From: Eledone cirrhosa
Lineage: Eukaryota
Direction: 5' to 3'
Assembly (NCBI GenBank): GCA_964016885.1
Contig: OZ024742.1
Span: 225,866,001-225,930,000, forward strand
Length of the DNA: 64,000 nucleotides
The translations under genes and the position numbers were made by a program. Every line of letters starts with the position of its first letter. Position 1 is the first letter of the stretch. Under the pieces are notes generated by a model. The model saw only the letters and a program-made list of their open reading frames with translations, was not told where the DNA came from and did not search any database. Of the stretch, positions 47,430-61,763 are shown piece after piece.

Positions 47430-48785
47430 GTAAGACATTTTTTTTATTTTTGAAAAGATTTTTCTGTTATCATCATCATCATCATTTTACTTTCTTTTTT
47501 CTCCATGCTGGTACAGTTTGGAGCAGATGATACAGTCAAAGATTAGACAAGTTGCAGAATCCTGTATTGCTCATACATTCCATGTCTTGGCATGGTTTCT
47601 ACATCTGGATACTTTTTCTAATGCCAACCACATTACAGTGTGTATCAGGTGCATTTTATCATGGCACCAGAACTACCCCTTTACACAGTGCTTTGGGTAC
47701 ATTTTATCATAGCAACTGCACTACCACTTTATAGAGTGCATTGGGCGATTTTTATTGTGGCACCAACATTACAGTTTTACAGACTGTACTAGGGGCATTT
47801 TATAATTTTTTATTGTTTTTTCTTGTCTGTATATATGTTGTTACAGCTCACAAGTATGTAGATTTAGCTGGCCTCCTACGGGGTTGCATCTCACTGGAGA
47901 TTTCTCAAATGTTTTTCTGATAGCAGCCCCAGTTGTATCATGAATAGACCCCACTGCTCACTGGCTTGGATTCCAGTCTGCTGCAGTGGTTGACTCCTAG
48001 CTACTGCTGCTGCTGTTGGTATTCATTTTTTTCCAGCACCTGGTGTTGCAGTAGAGACTCACATGAAACTGCCGAAGAAATACTTTATATACTTATATAA
48101 ATGTCAATCCCATCTAAAAGTTGAGTCCTAATGTTTTTCCCCAAAATTTAGATTTTTCCATGTATCTCAGGTAAAAGTCAATCCTGGTTTTTTACAAACA
48201 ACAAACCATTATTTGTGAATCATGATATTATTCTGAACATAAATGTTACGATGAAGAAATTAGTTTTACTATCTTGATGTACCCAAGTTATTTATCAAAA
48301 TTATGTGATTTTTTTTATTTGTATTTTGTTAATAAGACATTAGAGCGCCGGACACCATGCTTCACGACATAGAGTTACGGCCCTTTACGTTCTGAGATCA
48401 AATTCTGCCTAGGTTAGCTTTGCTTTCACCGTTATGGAGTTGATATAGAATAAAGTAACAGTAACGAACTGGGGGTTGATTTAATCGACCCCCCCCCCAA
48501 AAAAAAAAAATTGCTAGCCTTGTGCCTAAATAAGAAACCATTATTACTGTAATTCATTAATTTGCTTTTATTCATTTAGAGTCCATTTAAGTACTGTTTA
48601 TTGATATGGTATTATGGATTATAGTGTGAATTTCAGCAACAATGAAAGTAGTATTTATGTAATAGTCAACCTCCTAAATTTAACTTAAAAGTGAACTCTA
48701 AAAAATGTTGATTTTTACACAAGTATATATAGCAAATGATAATATTGATTTCAATTTGTACATATCAACTTTATTTCTTCACCAG

Positions 48786-48905
48786 GATTGTTTTTAAACG
48801 ACACCGAAAGAAACGAGAAGCTGATGAAATTGTTCATAAAAGATATATTATGGCAACAGATACATTTGAGTTTGGTCCTCTGTTAGTTGGAAGATATTTA
48901 GAGAC
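48786..48905 (+). CDS. HYDIN: HYDIN exon (IVFKRHRKK...TFEFGPLLVGRYLE)
   Basis: ttcaccag / gtaagt, 120 nt, phase 2-2; FGPLL.G motif. Confidence 0.95.
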
Positions 48906-49675
48906 GTAAGTTGCACTTTCACTAGCATTTATAGATTTTATACTATTCTAAAGACTTAGTGGTTAACGTCTTCAGATCAGTATCATAAGATCATGAGTTT
49001 GATTCTCAGAGATGTATTTATAGTACATTTATTCCAGTCTACTCAGGTGGAAAAAATGTGTTGTGATGTCACTGGCAGCAAGCTATATTAGCCTTTCTGT
49101 TAGACAACATTAGTTGTTTGGAGAGGGGAGATTGGCATGCATAGGTGCATCCGACCAGCCTGAACACTCATCATTGGGTTAGGATATTCAGCTCATGATC
49201 AAAAGACCATGAATTTAATTCCTGGTGGCTCATTGTGGTTTTGAGCAAGACACTTTACTTTTATTTCACATTGATCTTCAATCCGCTCAGCTGGAAATAA
49301 TGGATTATACTTGTAATTCAAAGGGCCAGCTTTGTCACAAGCTGTGTCATGCTGAATCTCCCCAAGGATTATGTTAAAGGTACAGGTCTCTGTTAAATGT
49401 TCAGGAACTTGTTCTACAATACAAGATGAACTGTACTTATAATTCAAAGAATGAGCCTTGTTATACACAATGTTACACTAAATCTCTTTATGAACTGTGT
49501 TAAGAGTACATGTGTTTGTAGAATGTTCAGACACTTGCATGTTAATTCCAATAAGAGGTAGTTCCATTGCTTAACCCTTTAGCATTTACATTATATTTAT
49601 ATATTGTATTGTATTATATTATAATATAATATTATATTATATTATAGTATAATATAATATAATATAATATAATAT

Positions 49676-50169
49676 AAAAAGGTGCAGAGCACTAGCAGTC
49701 GATGGAAACCGCAGAGTGGGGAGACCCAAGATGACCTGGGACGAGGTGATAAAAGCCGACCTTACCCAATTACACCTCTCAAAGGTGATGACACACGACC
49801 GTGACCTCTGGCGTCACGCAGTAATACAGAGTACCCGACCTCCCATGGGTACAAGCTGAAGCATATAGACAATATGCCCCCACACACCCCACCGCAAGGT
49901 GGTCGTGGAGGTGCCACGGCAAAAAAGCACCCAGCCCACACTGTAAAGTGGATGTGTAGGCGCCACGAAAAGCACCCAGCACTCACTGTAAATGAGGTTG
50001 GTGTTAGGAAGGGCATCCAGCTGTAGAAATCAAGCCAAATCAGTTCCTGTATGAGCAAGGCATGGTCAGCCGACCAGACACTGCCCACAACAGGACAACC
50101 CGTCTAACCCATGCTAGCGTGGAAGAACGGACGTAAAACGGTGATGATGATGATGATGATGATGATGAT
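49676..50169 (+). mobile_element. RTE 3' fragment inserted inside a piggyBac-like MITE (49571-50341)
   Basis: GRPKMTWDEVIK plus 3' UTR and (GAT)n; MITE TIRs ttaaccctttagcattta / taaattctaaagggttaa on either side. Confidence 0.85.
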
Positions 50170-51057
50170 TACTCTATATTTACTATTGTATATTCATGGT
50201 AAAGGCTTTATCTCACATAATCTCAAGTCTACGAGATTTTTATGATGTTATTGTTTATTTTAAGAATGATATCTTAACGTCAGTTCAAAAAGGGGAAAGT
50301 ATTCTGGCTGGATACAACCAGTTTAAATTCTAAAGGGTTAAACAACTGGAACAGAGGTCCAAAATATTTTATTTTATTTCTTAAAGTAATTCTTGCTGTT
50401 GTCATGCCAATCAGTGTGGCTATGTGGTTAAGAAATTCACTTTGCACTCATAAGGCTCCAGGTATGATTCCACTTTGTGTCATCTTTGGCAAGTACTTTG
50501 CCATAGTCTCTGGTCAATCCAAAGCTTATAAGTGAAATGGGTAGCAAGAAACTGTGTGGAAACTCATCTAATGGACTGTGCTACTGTGCTTGTAATTCAA
50601 AGGTCCGTCTCAGACAAGTGTCTTTAGTGTCAATCTGAACCATTATTCCTTGTTACATTAAACAATTAGTGTTAACTAATTTGTACAATATTTGTTTTGT
50701 TATAAATAGAAACATCCATGTCCACACACAACCACACAAACAATTCCCCACCCACCCATGCGCACTTACATTCTACCTATACACATGTACACCCCACCCA
50801 TACACACTTACACTCCACTCACACATACACACACATCAACATGTTTACCCTCACTCCACAAACACATACACATACACACATATGAATACATACACATATA
50901 CCCTTCTTTATATGAAATCTATGTGTTATTATTTAATCTATTCTCTAATTATTTCATAAAATTTTTTTTTTTCTTAAACCCAGCTATTTCCAAGGAAACA
51001 GGTAACTATTAAATCAATATTCTTTTTTCAAACATATCTGTGTCTAAGACGTTAAAC

Positions 51058-51088
<31 letters not shown>

Positions 51089-52168
51089 TGACATTTCCCT
51101 GCATGTTGACTAATAGGGTTGTTATCAGGAAGGACATTTGGTTGTAAAATATGAGGTTGTGAGTTCGATTCTCGGACCAGGTTTTGCATTATGTTCTTGA
51201 GCAAGACACTTTATTTCACATTGCTCCAGTTCATTCAGCAGTAGAAATGAGTTGTGATGTCACTGGCACCAAGCTGTGTTGGCCTTTGCCTTTCCCTTGG
51301 ACAACACCGGTGGCGTGGAGAGGGGAGACTGGTATGCATGAGTGACTGCTGGTCTTCCACAAACAACCTAGGCCTTGGAAGGGAACTTACTATGTGCAAA
51401 TGTCATGGTCATTCATGACCGAAGGCGTCTTTTCCCTAACAGGAAAAAGAGACTTAAAATGCTTATTGTTCCTGTGTTTTTATTCTAGTTTTGTTATCTT
51501 TCTTTCAAGTGCAGTCATGGCTATTTTGTTGAAGTGTTAGTTTTGCTATCATGTTGTTCTGGGTTCAGTTTCACTCAGCCCCACTTTGGTCTAGCCTCGA
51601 CCACCACCATGTCCCCATAAAAAAAGGAAAAAGATGGTAGTAGACCTAGGCCAGATATGAAATGTACTGCCCCCACAACTACCACCAAAGCTGATATGCC
51701 CAGGTCAGACGTGAAATGAAAGTCTACAAAGCTGGTAATAGTTCTGAGCCAGACAATAATCCCTAATTAGATTTTTCATTAAATGCTAATTAATATTAAA
51801 TTTTATTTACAATGTAATCTTTTAGTTTCAATCATTTAATAGATTTAAAAATCCTCATCACCATCATATCAGTTTTTTCATACTGACATATTTAAAGTTT
51901 ATTAACGCCTTCACAAAATTTCTTTTTCTGTTACTGCCAATATTTTTTTGTTGTTGCCCTGCCATTTTCTGCAGACCGTGCTGAAAATACCAAATCAGGA
52001 AGAAACATCGTTATCTACAGATAGACTACTTAATTTATATAAACTTTTTGAACATAATCATTTCTTTTATCTAAAATGCCATGATGATACTACAGTTATT
52101 TTTTGTTGTTTCAGCATGACAATCTATACAGACATCTCTCTCTCTCTCTATCTCTCTCTCTCTCTCTA

Positions 52169-52229
<61 letters not shown>

Positions 52230-52443
52230 TATATATACCCCTCCTCTGAGTATATCCACAAAATTTAAAGCATTTACCAGAAATGGAATTTTAATCATTT
52301 ACTAGAAATAAAATTTCAGTTATTTGAAAGAAATAGAATTTCAAGCGTTTGCTAAAAATGAAATTTCAGTCATTTACTTAAAATTAAAAAAATTAATCTC
52401 TTTAATGAATGCAGATGATAAAAATGAGTCATTGTTTTTCTAG

Positions 52444-52770
52444 ATGCAAAGAATACCCAGAGAATATTGAACTGTTTACCATTCTTAATAATTCACCAAT
52501 AGAAGCAGATATCAGCTTCTGTTTCTTGAAAGATAACAAATCCGAGACATTCTTTCTCGACCCTACATCGATGGTTCTACCACCACAGAAGTCAAAGAAC
52601 CTTGCTGTGTGGGCTTTTCCTCGCAATGTCAAGTTAATTGAAGATGCCATTGTTTGTTGTGTAAAAGAAAACCCAGAGCCAATTATATTCAAGATTAGTT
52701 GTGAAGCTTTCCGGCCTGAGCTGGATTTGGACAAGAAAGTGTTTCAATTTGACAAAGTTCTCATATTAAG
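52444..52770 (+). CDS. HYDIN: HYDIN exon, ASH/Ig-like domain (CKEYPENIE...FFLDP...VWAFP...IVCCVKENPEP...FDKVLIL)
   Basis: tttctag / gtaaat, 327 nt, phase 2-2; ORF 52409..52774; strong HYDIN motifs. Confidence 0.97.
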
Positions 52771-53497
52771 GTAAATATAATATTAATCCTTTTGTTAGCA
52801 TATTTCTATTGAAATATATTATATATAAATTAATTAATGAATAATGAAGGGATTTACTAAAATTATTAATTATTTCATTATTAAGATGGTATTTTTAGAG
52901 TGGTAGAATGATAGTATTGGTAGAGAGTCTGACAAAATGCTTTGCAGCATTTAGTTATATCTTTCCACATTCTCAGCTCAAATCTTACCAAGTTCATCTT
53001 TGCCATTCTTCATTTCAGAATTGTAGTACAAGTTAAGTACTAGGGGTGATATAATTGACTTTCCCCTACCTGTAAATCACTGACCAGAAGGCAGTGGATT
53101 AGTGGAATTGTTGAAGTGATAAACAAAATGATTTGTTCCAGCTTAAAACTTGTGTGACCAGTGATGTATAAGGACATCTTATAGTCTGGTCAGTCTAATG
53201 GTGGTTGAGGTGATGGTGATGAGGATGATGAAGATGTTTGTGGGGATTGTGGTGTCAATGAGGATGATCGTGGTGGTGGCAATGGTGATGAAGATGATGG
53301 TGGTGGTAATGGTCATGAAGATGGTTGTGGTAGTAATGGTGATGAAAATGATGATGGTAGTGATATTGAAAATGATGATGATGGTGATGATGATGACGAC
53401 AACAAATGAATAAGTGAACGGGATGGCGGATATCTAATTTTTTCTCATTTTATTTTATTCATTTATTTCATTTTATGCCATTTTTACTTACCTGTAG

Positions 53498-53699
53498 GGA
53501 AGAAAAACGTACAATCCGCATACGGAACCGGACTAAGTTACCTGTTGCTTGGAAACTGACAGGGCTAGAAAACCTTGGTGAAGAATTTACAGTGTCAAGT
53601 TATAATGGAGTTATCGAACCTTTGGATGAAGTCCCTCTGCATGCCTTCTTCCAGGCTAAGAAACCTATTGTTATCGCCAAAAAACAAATAAGAATGGAG
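53498..53699 (+). CDS. HYDIN: HYDIN exon (EEKRTIRIRNRTKLPVAWKLTGLENLGEEFTVS...KQIRME)
   Basis: cctgtag / gtaaaa, 202 nt, phase 2-0; LPVAW..LG..F.VS motif. Confidence 0.96.
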
Positions 53700-55007
53700 G
53701 TAAAACTTCATAGTTTACTCCCTACTCTATTTCTTGTGTATGATATAACAAATTTTGAACTAAAATTTAGGGCAAAAATATAATTGTTTCTACTATAGGC
53801 ACAAGGCCAGCAATTTTGGGGGGTGGAAAGTCGATTATATCGATCCCAGTGCTTTATTTTATCGACCTCATAAGGATGAAAGGCAAAGCTAACCTCGGCA
53901 GCATTTGAACTCAGAATGTAAAGGGCCGTAACTCTATACCACGAAGCAGGGTGTCCAACACTCTACCGATTCTGTCAATTCACTGCCTTTAGGGCAAAAA
54001 TATAATGGAGTTATATTATACATGAGTACATTTCTTTAGGAATTTTTACTGAACTTAAAAATACTCATGTAAAATCTCAATATTGTGGCCGTATTTCTAA
54101 TGAATTACACTCTATTTCAATTAATTTCTGTGTTTTCTCACAACAAAACATTAACAAGACATTCTTGAAACATATAAAAGAGCACTATGACTGCATCACA
54201 TTGAAAATTAAAGTCTTTACCTTAATATTACTCATTTCCACACTGATCTGTCCACTAGTAAAGATACTACAAATATTTGATTTAACAAACCACATTAGTA
54301 AGACATCCTTGAAAAGTACAAAGCAGCATTATGAATGCATCACATTAAAAATTAAAGTCTTTATTTTAATATTGCACAATTTCACAACCATCTACCCACC
54401 AATAAGCTATTATAAACATATGAATTAACAAATCCATTTTTAGATATTTTCTGCTAAATTATTATAGAATGCCAAGAGTTAAGGGAAGGGGTTATCTTAT
54501 ACACAAGTTCATGTTTTCAGAAATTTTTACTGAACTTAAAAATACTTGCAAAAATGTATTTATAACAATTGTTTACACAATGCTATCTTGTTTTACATTC
54601 TTTAACATCACGAGAAACTGAATATTGTAGTGAAATAAATGTATGAGATTAAAATTTTGATGGATAACATGAAACAAGTTTACAAAAATATTTACATACA
54701 CGAGCGAGACACGGTCACCCGACCAACCTTGCCTCAAGTGGGACAACTCCCGTCTAACCCATGCTAGCATGGAAGATAGACGTTAAATGAAGATGATGAT
54801 GATGATGATGATGATGATGATCAATGTACTCCTGGGTTGTATTATACTCAAGGATATAATATATTCCCAATTTTTTAACTTCAGAAATAGGGGTCATTTT
54901 ATACATGTCATATTTACAGTAGGGAAATAGTGTAGACTATATGGAAAGTTCCCTTTAGCCTGCAGTGGACAAGACAATTTCCTGTGATGCAGTGGAGTTG
55001 ATAGTTA

Positions 55008-55202
55008 CTCTCAGGTCCCAAATAATAGGTGGGGGGTTGGATATTTGCTTAAATTTTTATAAGCTGGGATGGGGGGATCGGTAATTGTTTAGTGTACAAA
55101 TTTTGCCAGAGATAGATTAGCAAAATTTAATAAGTGGTGGGGTTGGAAAAAATCTGAAAAATTAATAAGTGGGGGTAAGGACGATTATTCAAGATCTGAG
55201 AG
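55008..55202. mobile_element. Tc1/pogo-type MITE
   Basis: TA|ctctcaggtcccaaataat ... attattcaagatctgagag|TA imperfect TIRs. Confidence 0.6.
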
Positions 55203-55444
55203 TACATGTTAATTTCACAAGTAGGCTGTTCCATTGTTTGTAAACATTCATTGTCGGAAGATTGGAGGTCCAAAACACACACGCACACACACAAACACAC
55301 ACACATGCACACACACACATACATTCGCATACATCCACTCACATGCACACACACATCGCACATATGCACATACACACACACATGCACACTCTTTATGCTG
55401 ACAAAGTTAAATAATTGTTTCTAATCTATTTGTTTCTTCACCAG

Positions 55445-55553
55445 ATCTTTGACATAGATAATACTGTAAAGTCTTCCTCTGAAATTATCAACATCTTAGG
55501 AGAAGCTTATGATGTGGCAGTTGATATAAACTTCCCCAGGGCTATATCTACAG
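55445..55553 (+). CDS. HYDIN: HYDIN exon (IFDIDN...GEAYDVAVDINFPRAIST)
   Basis: ttcaccag / gtaaag, 109 nt, phase 0-1; EAYD.A.DI.FP motif. Confidence 0.94.
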
Positions 55554-58138
55554 GTAAAGCATATTCATTTGTTTAACACATTTTGCATTTATCTATTATA
55601 TTGAAGCTGTGGTGTATGGTATATGTATATGCACGCAAATATATATATATGTGTATATCATTATCATATGTGCATGTATATATATTATGCTGGTACCACT
55701 AAGCATCCAGCCCACACTGTAAAGTGATCGTGTAGGTGTCACAACAAAAAGCACCCAACCTTTAAAGTGGACGTGTAAAAGACATGGTCAATGTGGTTGG
55801 CGTTAGGAAGGGCATCTAGCCGTAGAAAACCAGCCAGAAACAATCCTATATGAGTGAGACACGGTCACCCGACCCAACTTGCCTCTAAATGGGACAAACC
55901 CATCTAACCCATTAATTGATAATGATGAAACTATGACAAAAACTGTTGAGAGGACCCTTCAGTCATGACCTGACAACTTCTCAAGTGCTGGTGCTATGAA
56001 AAATGCACCCAGTACACCCTGTAATGTGGTTGGTGATAGGAAGGACATCCAGCTGTAGAAACTATGCCAAGAGAGGTCACTAGGACTTTTCAGTTATGTC
56101 AAAGACATGGTGGCCTCCATGTTCAGTGGTGAAGATATAAACATTTGAATTAACAAACCACCTGAAACCATATTAGCAAAATATTCTTAAAAAGTAGAAA
56201 ACAGCACTATGACTGCATTACATTAAAAATTAAAGTCTTTACTCTAATACTGAAAATGTTCACAATCTGTCCACTAGTAAAGATACTATAAACATTTGAA
56301 TTAACAAACCTGTTTAAGGATATCTTCTTCTAAAACATTATAGGATGTTAAGAGTCAGTTATAATAATTCTTGTAATAGAGCCATATATGGAAGCATATA
56401 CAATATATTTATGTATAATAAATTCTCAGACCGGGTGATGTGTTGTTTCCTTGAGCAAGACACTTTATTTCACATTGCTCCAGTTTACTCAGCTGTAGAA
56501 ATGATATGATAGGGACTGGGGTCCTTATCATTCCACTGTAAAGTGGTCGTGGAGGTGCCACGGCAAAAAAAGCACCCAGCACTCACTGTAAATGAGGTTG
56601 GTGTTAGGAAGGGCATCCAGCTGTAGAAATCAAGCCAGAATCACTTCCCGTCCCACCCTTGCAAGCAGGGAAAAGCGGACGTAAAAATGATAAATGATAA
56701 AAAATATACATAAGTCTCACTTTGAATATTTAACCCTTTTGCATTTAAACCGGCCATATCCGGCCAGAATTCTCTCACCTCTTTCTGTTCAAACTGGCTG
56801 TGACCAGCTGCTCATACTGATGTTAAGGTATTATTCTCAAAATAAATAATATCAAAATCTCATAGATTCGATATTATGTGAGGTAAAGCCTTTACCATGA
56901 AAATATGATAGTAAATATAATAGTATATATAGAGTAATGTAAATGTTAAAGGGTTCAAGCCATGATCATGTCACAGCTACCTCAGTAACCATATGAGAAT
57001 GCCAAATACTAGTTTTTCAGGATTTATCAATCCACCATCATTGACATTTACTCATTTAGTACTGAGGCAAAAATGCTAAAGCTTCTTTTATGTAGAATTT
57101 TACAAACAACACATTTATAGAGATGCTTATTTGTATGATTAATAGCAGCATGTCAAACTATCACTCTCTCTCCTTCTTAAGAAGTAATCAACTGTGTTCA
57201 GACCTGGTTTTGGAGATGGGCTCTGCCATATTTTAAAAATACCCAAGAACTGCTGTATGTCACTACAGTGTCATTACAACTCCACCAGGAAGTACAGGTC
57301 AAAGAAGAAGTTATAATTACATGGAAGTATATGGCTTAGTGGTAAGGGTATTGGACTTATGACCATAATGTTGTGGGTTCAATTCCTGGACTGGATTCTG
57401 TGTTGTGTTCTTGAGCAAAACACTTCATTTCATGTTGCTCCAGTATACCTAACTGGAAATGGGTACCAGAGTTTAATCATGTGATGGAGTGGCGTCCTGT
57501 CCAGTGGGGATTATTGTACTCTCAGTCACTTAACGCCGTGGCTTAACACCAGCCAAATGAGCCTCCAGTCTTGAGACAGACTTTAGACTGTCAAGCTATA
57601 TACAAATATACAATTCCATAAATGTGTTATTTGCAAACTTCTATGTAAAAGAAGCTTCAGCAGTCTTGCCTCAGTACTAAGTGAGTAAATACCACTGATG
57701 GTAGATTGATAAATCCTGAAATACTAGTATTTAGCATTCTCATACAGTTACTGATGAAGCTGTCATATGATCACAAATTTAACCCATTATCATTTAAACT
57801 GGCTTTATCTGGCCATAATTCTCTTACCTCTTTCTGTTCAAACCAGCCATAACTAGCCACTAGTTATGGTATTCTCAAAATAAATAATATCAAAATCTCA
57901 TAGATTCGATATTATGTAAGATATGTGAGATAAAGCTTTTACTGCGGAAATACGATAGTATATATATATAGAGTAATGTAAATGCTAAAGGGTTAAATAA
58001 TTCACAGCAAAACTTATGTATGTAAATTATACATAAACATATCATATATATTTTGATATACACCTCTATTCTGAATCACACTGTATTAGTGTTACTGCTA
58101 ATTAATAATTCTTGTGTTTCTGCTTCTTTGTATACTAG

Positions 58139-58238
58139 ATGAAGAGAGATGTCTTGATTTTGGCACAGTGAGGGTCTGTGAAGACACCAAACAAGTATTG
58201 ACAATCAAGAATAAGGGCAAATATGACATCATATTTGA
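58139..58238 (+). CDS. HYDIN: HYDIN exon (EERCLDFGTVRVCEDTKQVLTIKNKGKYDIIF)
   Basis: tatactag / gtaagt, 100 nt, phase 1-2; LDFG.VRV..KN.GKY motif. Confidence 0.95.
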
Positions 58239-58289
58239 GTAAGTCGCTGTATTTATTTTATAGTGGGCTGGTGCACTCAGTTCACTCTA

Positions 58290-59840
58290 TGTGGTGGTAG
58301 TGCTGGTGCCATGATAAAATTCACCCAGTACACTCTGCAAAGTGGTAGTGTTGGTGCCATGATAAAATGCACCCAGTACTCTCTGAAAAGTGGTAGTGTT
58401 GGTGCCATGATAAAATGCACCCAGTACACTCTGCAAAGTGGTAGTGTTGGTGCCATGATAAAATGCACCCAGTACTCTCTGAAAAATGGTAGTGTTGGTG
58501 CCATGATAAAATGCACCCAGTACTCTCTGAAAAATGGTAGTGTTGGTGCCATGATAAAATGCACCCAGTACACTCTGCAAAGTGGTAGTGTTGGTGCCAT
58601 GATAAAATGCACCCAGTACTCTCTGAAAAGTGGTAGTGTTGGTGCCATGATAAAATGCACCCAGTACACTCTGAAAAGTGGTAGTGTTGGTGCCATGATA
58701 AAATGCACCCAGTACACTCTGAAAAGTGGTAGTGTTGGTGCCATGATAAAATGCACCCAGTACTCTCTGAAAAGTGGTAGTGTTGGTGCCATGATAAAAT
58801 GCACCCAGTACACTCTGCAAAGTGGTAGTGTTGGTGCCATGATAAAATGCACCCAGTACTCTCTGCAAAGTGGTAGTGTTGGTGCCATGATAAAATGCAC
58901 CCAGTATACTCTGGAAGTGGTAGTGTTGGTGCCATGATAAAATGCACCCAGTACTCTCTGTAAAGTGGTAGTGTTGGTGCCATGATAAAATGCACCCAGT
59001 ACTCTCTGCAAAGTGGTAGTGTTGGTGCCATGATAAAATGCACCCAGTACTCTCTGAAAAGTGGTAGTGTTGGTGCCATGATAAAATGTACCCAGTACAC
59101 TCTGCAAAGTGGTAGTGTTGGTGCCATGATAAAATGCACCCAGTACACTCTGCAAAGTGGTAGTGTTGGTGCCATGATAAAATGCACCCAGTATACCCTG
59201 GAAGTGGTAGTGTTGGTACCATGATAAAATGCACCCAGTACACTCTGCAAAGTGGTAGTGTTGGTGCCATGATAAAATGCACCCAGTATACCCTGGAAGT
59301 GGTAGTGTTGGTGCCATGTATAAATGCACCCAGTATACTCTGGAAGTGGTAGTGTTGGTGCCATGATAAAATGCACTCAGTACACTGCAAAGTGGTAGTG
59401 TTGGTGCCATGATAAAATGCACTCAGTACACTGCAAAGTGGTAGTGTTGGTGCCATGTATGAATGCACCCAATACACTCTGGAAGTGGTAGTGTTGGTGC
59501 CATGTATAAATGCACCCAGTATACTCTGGAGGTGGTAGTGTTGGTGCCATGATAAAATGCACTCAGTACACTGCAAAGTGGTGGGTTGGTGCCAGGTTAA
59601 AATGCACCTAGTACACTCTGAAAAGTGGTAGCACTGGTGCTAAAATTAAATGCACTCAGTATACTCTGTGAATTTGTTGATGCTAGAAAGGGCATCCAAC
59701 TAGAAATAATGCCAAAAATAGAATGCATGAGCAATATGAAATTCTCCAACCCATTTAGCCTCAAAACGTGATCACCTGTCCAACCCATAGCAACATGGAA
59801 AGTGAATGTAGAATGAGGATGATCGTGATGATGATAATGA
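58290..59840 (+). repeat. 48-bp minisatellite (about 29 units, some 46-47 bp) followed by an RTE-type tail
   Basis: Unit gtggtagtgttggtgccatgataaaatgcacccagtacactctgcaaa; 16-aa periodicity in the ORF track. Confidence 0.95.
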
Positions 59841-60048
59841 GAATGAGATGATATGTTGTCTTCCTTTGTACTTTATTATCAATTTCCCTGTTTCTACTTC
59901 TGAAAACTAATTTATTTTAATATGTATTGAAAGAGGTTATACTCATTACTAGACTTAGACCTATCATAAACATTAGGCGTGAGTTACATGAAGCCAATTG
60001 ACTATTGTGACCACATCAATCTGTCTATGTCACCACCCTTTTCTGATT

Positions 60049-60895
60049 ACTGTATATACTCGAATATAAGCTGAGAAATATGTGACAAAAAATTGATGGT
60101 AAAATGGGGGACTTATATCCGAAGTCAATATTTTGCTGAGTTTCACCAACTTCAAATTCTACATAAATAAGGTGTTAAAATATCTCTTTCTCCCTCCCCC
60201 TTCTACTCTATGAATCCCTATACAAAGTTCTCTTATTCTGTCTCTTGCTTTCAAAATACTCCTAGTATGTGAGTAGCCAGAAGTAAACAAAAATTCCAGA
60301 AACTTATTAAAACTTAATATAATGGAAACTCTACATAATGTAGTTGTGAAACAAAAACTATACTCTAAATCAGGGCTTCTCAACCTGGTCCATGTGGACC
60401 ACTAGTGGTCCACAGGAAAATTCAGGTGGTCCACAGAAAATTGTCTAACATGCATTTGACTTAAAGCTTCTTATTTGACTTCTTATTCTTCACATAAGTA
60501 CGACTTCAGCTGTTTATTTGCGTAGATTTTTAGGCACTGCGACATGATAATAGCATTTTCTAATTCATTGAAAAAAAACATCTACTGATGCTTATAAGTA
60601 GCAGTTCTATTACAAAAGATTTTAAAGTTTAGGTGGTTCACAGGAAAAAATTACTTATTTTGTTGGTCCACAGCGAAAAAAAGGTTGAGAACCCCCGCTC
60701 TAAATGACACTTAAAATATTTTAAACATCAAAATATTAAAATTTCATAAATACATTTTATACTCATGAGAATTTCAAAACCATACCATCGAAACATAATG
60801 TGTTGATTAGCTGCATCGGCTTATAAATGGAGTTTGAATTTTTGTCCATTTCTCAGACATAAAATAGGGGGTTGGCTTATATTCAAGTATATACA
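60049..60895. mobile_element. pogo/Tigger-like non-autonomous DNA transposon
   Basis: tgtatatactcgaatataagc ... gcttatattcaagtatataca inverted termini. Confidence 0.65.
60371..60697. mobile_element. hAT-type MITE with 8-bp TSD
   Basis: TIRs cagggcttctcaacct / aggttgagaacccccg; TSD ctctaaat at 60363-60370 and 60698-60705. Confidence 0.88.
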
Positions 60896-61402
60896 TTAGT
60901 CATTGTGACTACACATGTCTGTGCTGATTGGTTTTCATGACTACACCTGTTTGTGTGTGTCACCACCCCGCCAACCCAATATCTACACAGAAGAGTACTG
61001 TTTTTCATCACCACACTCCATTCATTCCTTTTAAAAAATGGTCCTAACCTCAAAAACGTCACCATCATCCTTTTACATCCACTTTTCTTACATATTTGTA
61101 TGAGTTGGTTGGGTCTTTTCCAGCATAGCCTTCCTTAATTTGTTGCTTCCCTCCACTTGGTGCATTCCTTTGTCATCTCCCTTGTGAGGTTCAGTGTCTT
61201 GAGATTAACTCTCACCACTTCTACTGAGATCCTCCTTGGCCTCCCTCTACTACAGCTTCCTTTCATTGTATTTTGTTTGTATTACTTTATTTTAGTTTTC
61301 ACTCCTGTATTTCTAACTTACATTGTACTAGCTTTCCCCAAACAAACCTAACCACATTTTCAGTGTATTCTTACATCATTTAATTTTTTTTTTTTCTTAC
61401 AG

Positions 61403-61645
61403 GATTGTGCCCAACACCGACCCTCTTATTTGTAAAAGCTATGCAGCCTTATTTACTGTTTCACCTGTGAAAGGTTTTTTGGGACCCCTTGACCGTCCCC
61501 TATCTTGTTCACTGACATTCCGAACCCAAGCCGAGATATTGATTAAGGAACAAATTGTATTTCGTTGTTTGGTCATAGACCCAGCGGGAGATATTCTAGT
61601 GGCCACCTTGCCAATCCGAGTATCTGTACGAGCAGTATACAGCAA
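61403..61645 (+). CDS. HYDIN: HYDIN exon (IVPNTDP...FTVSPVKG...IRVSVRAVYS); gene continues beyond the window
   Basis: ttcttacag / gtaagt, 243 nt, phase 2-2; ORF 61407..61649. Confidence 0.94.
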
Positions 61646-61681
61646 GTAAGTATTAGTATCTCTTTCTCTCTTGCTCTCTCT

Positions 61682-61763
<82 letters not shown>

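Noticed and set aside
53198-53413. M/V-rich 71-aa ORF
   Set aside because: Degenerate (GAT/GGT)n repeat in an intron.
58263-59576. 224-429-aa repetitive ORFs on both strands
   Set aside because: By-product of a 48-bp unit; open in several frames, no domain, intronic.
58290-59680. CRISPR-like appearance of the 48-bp array (and of the 466-bp array)
   Set aside because: No unique spacers, no cas genes, eukaryotic intron context.
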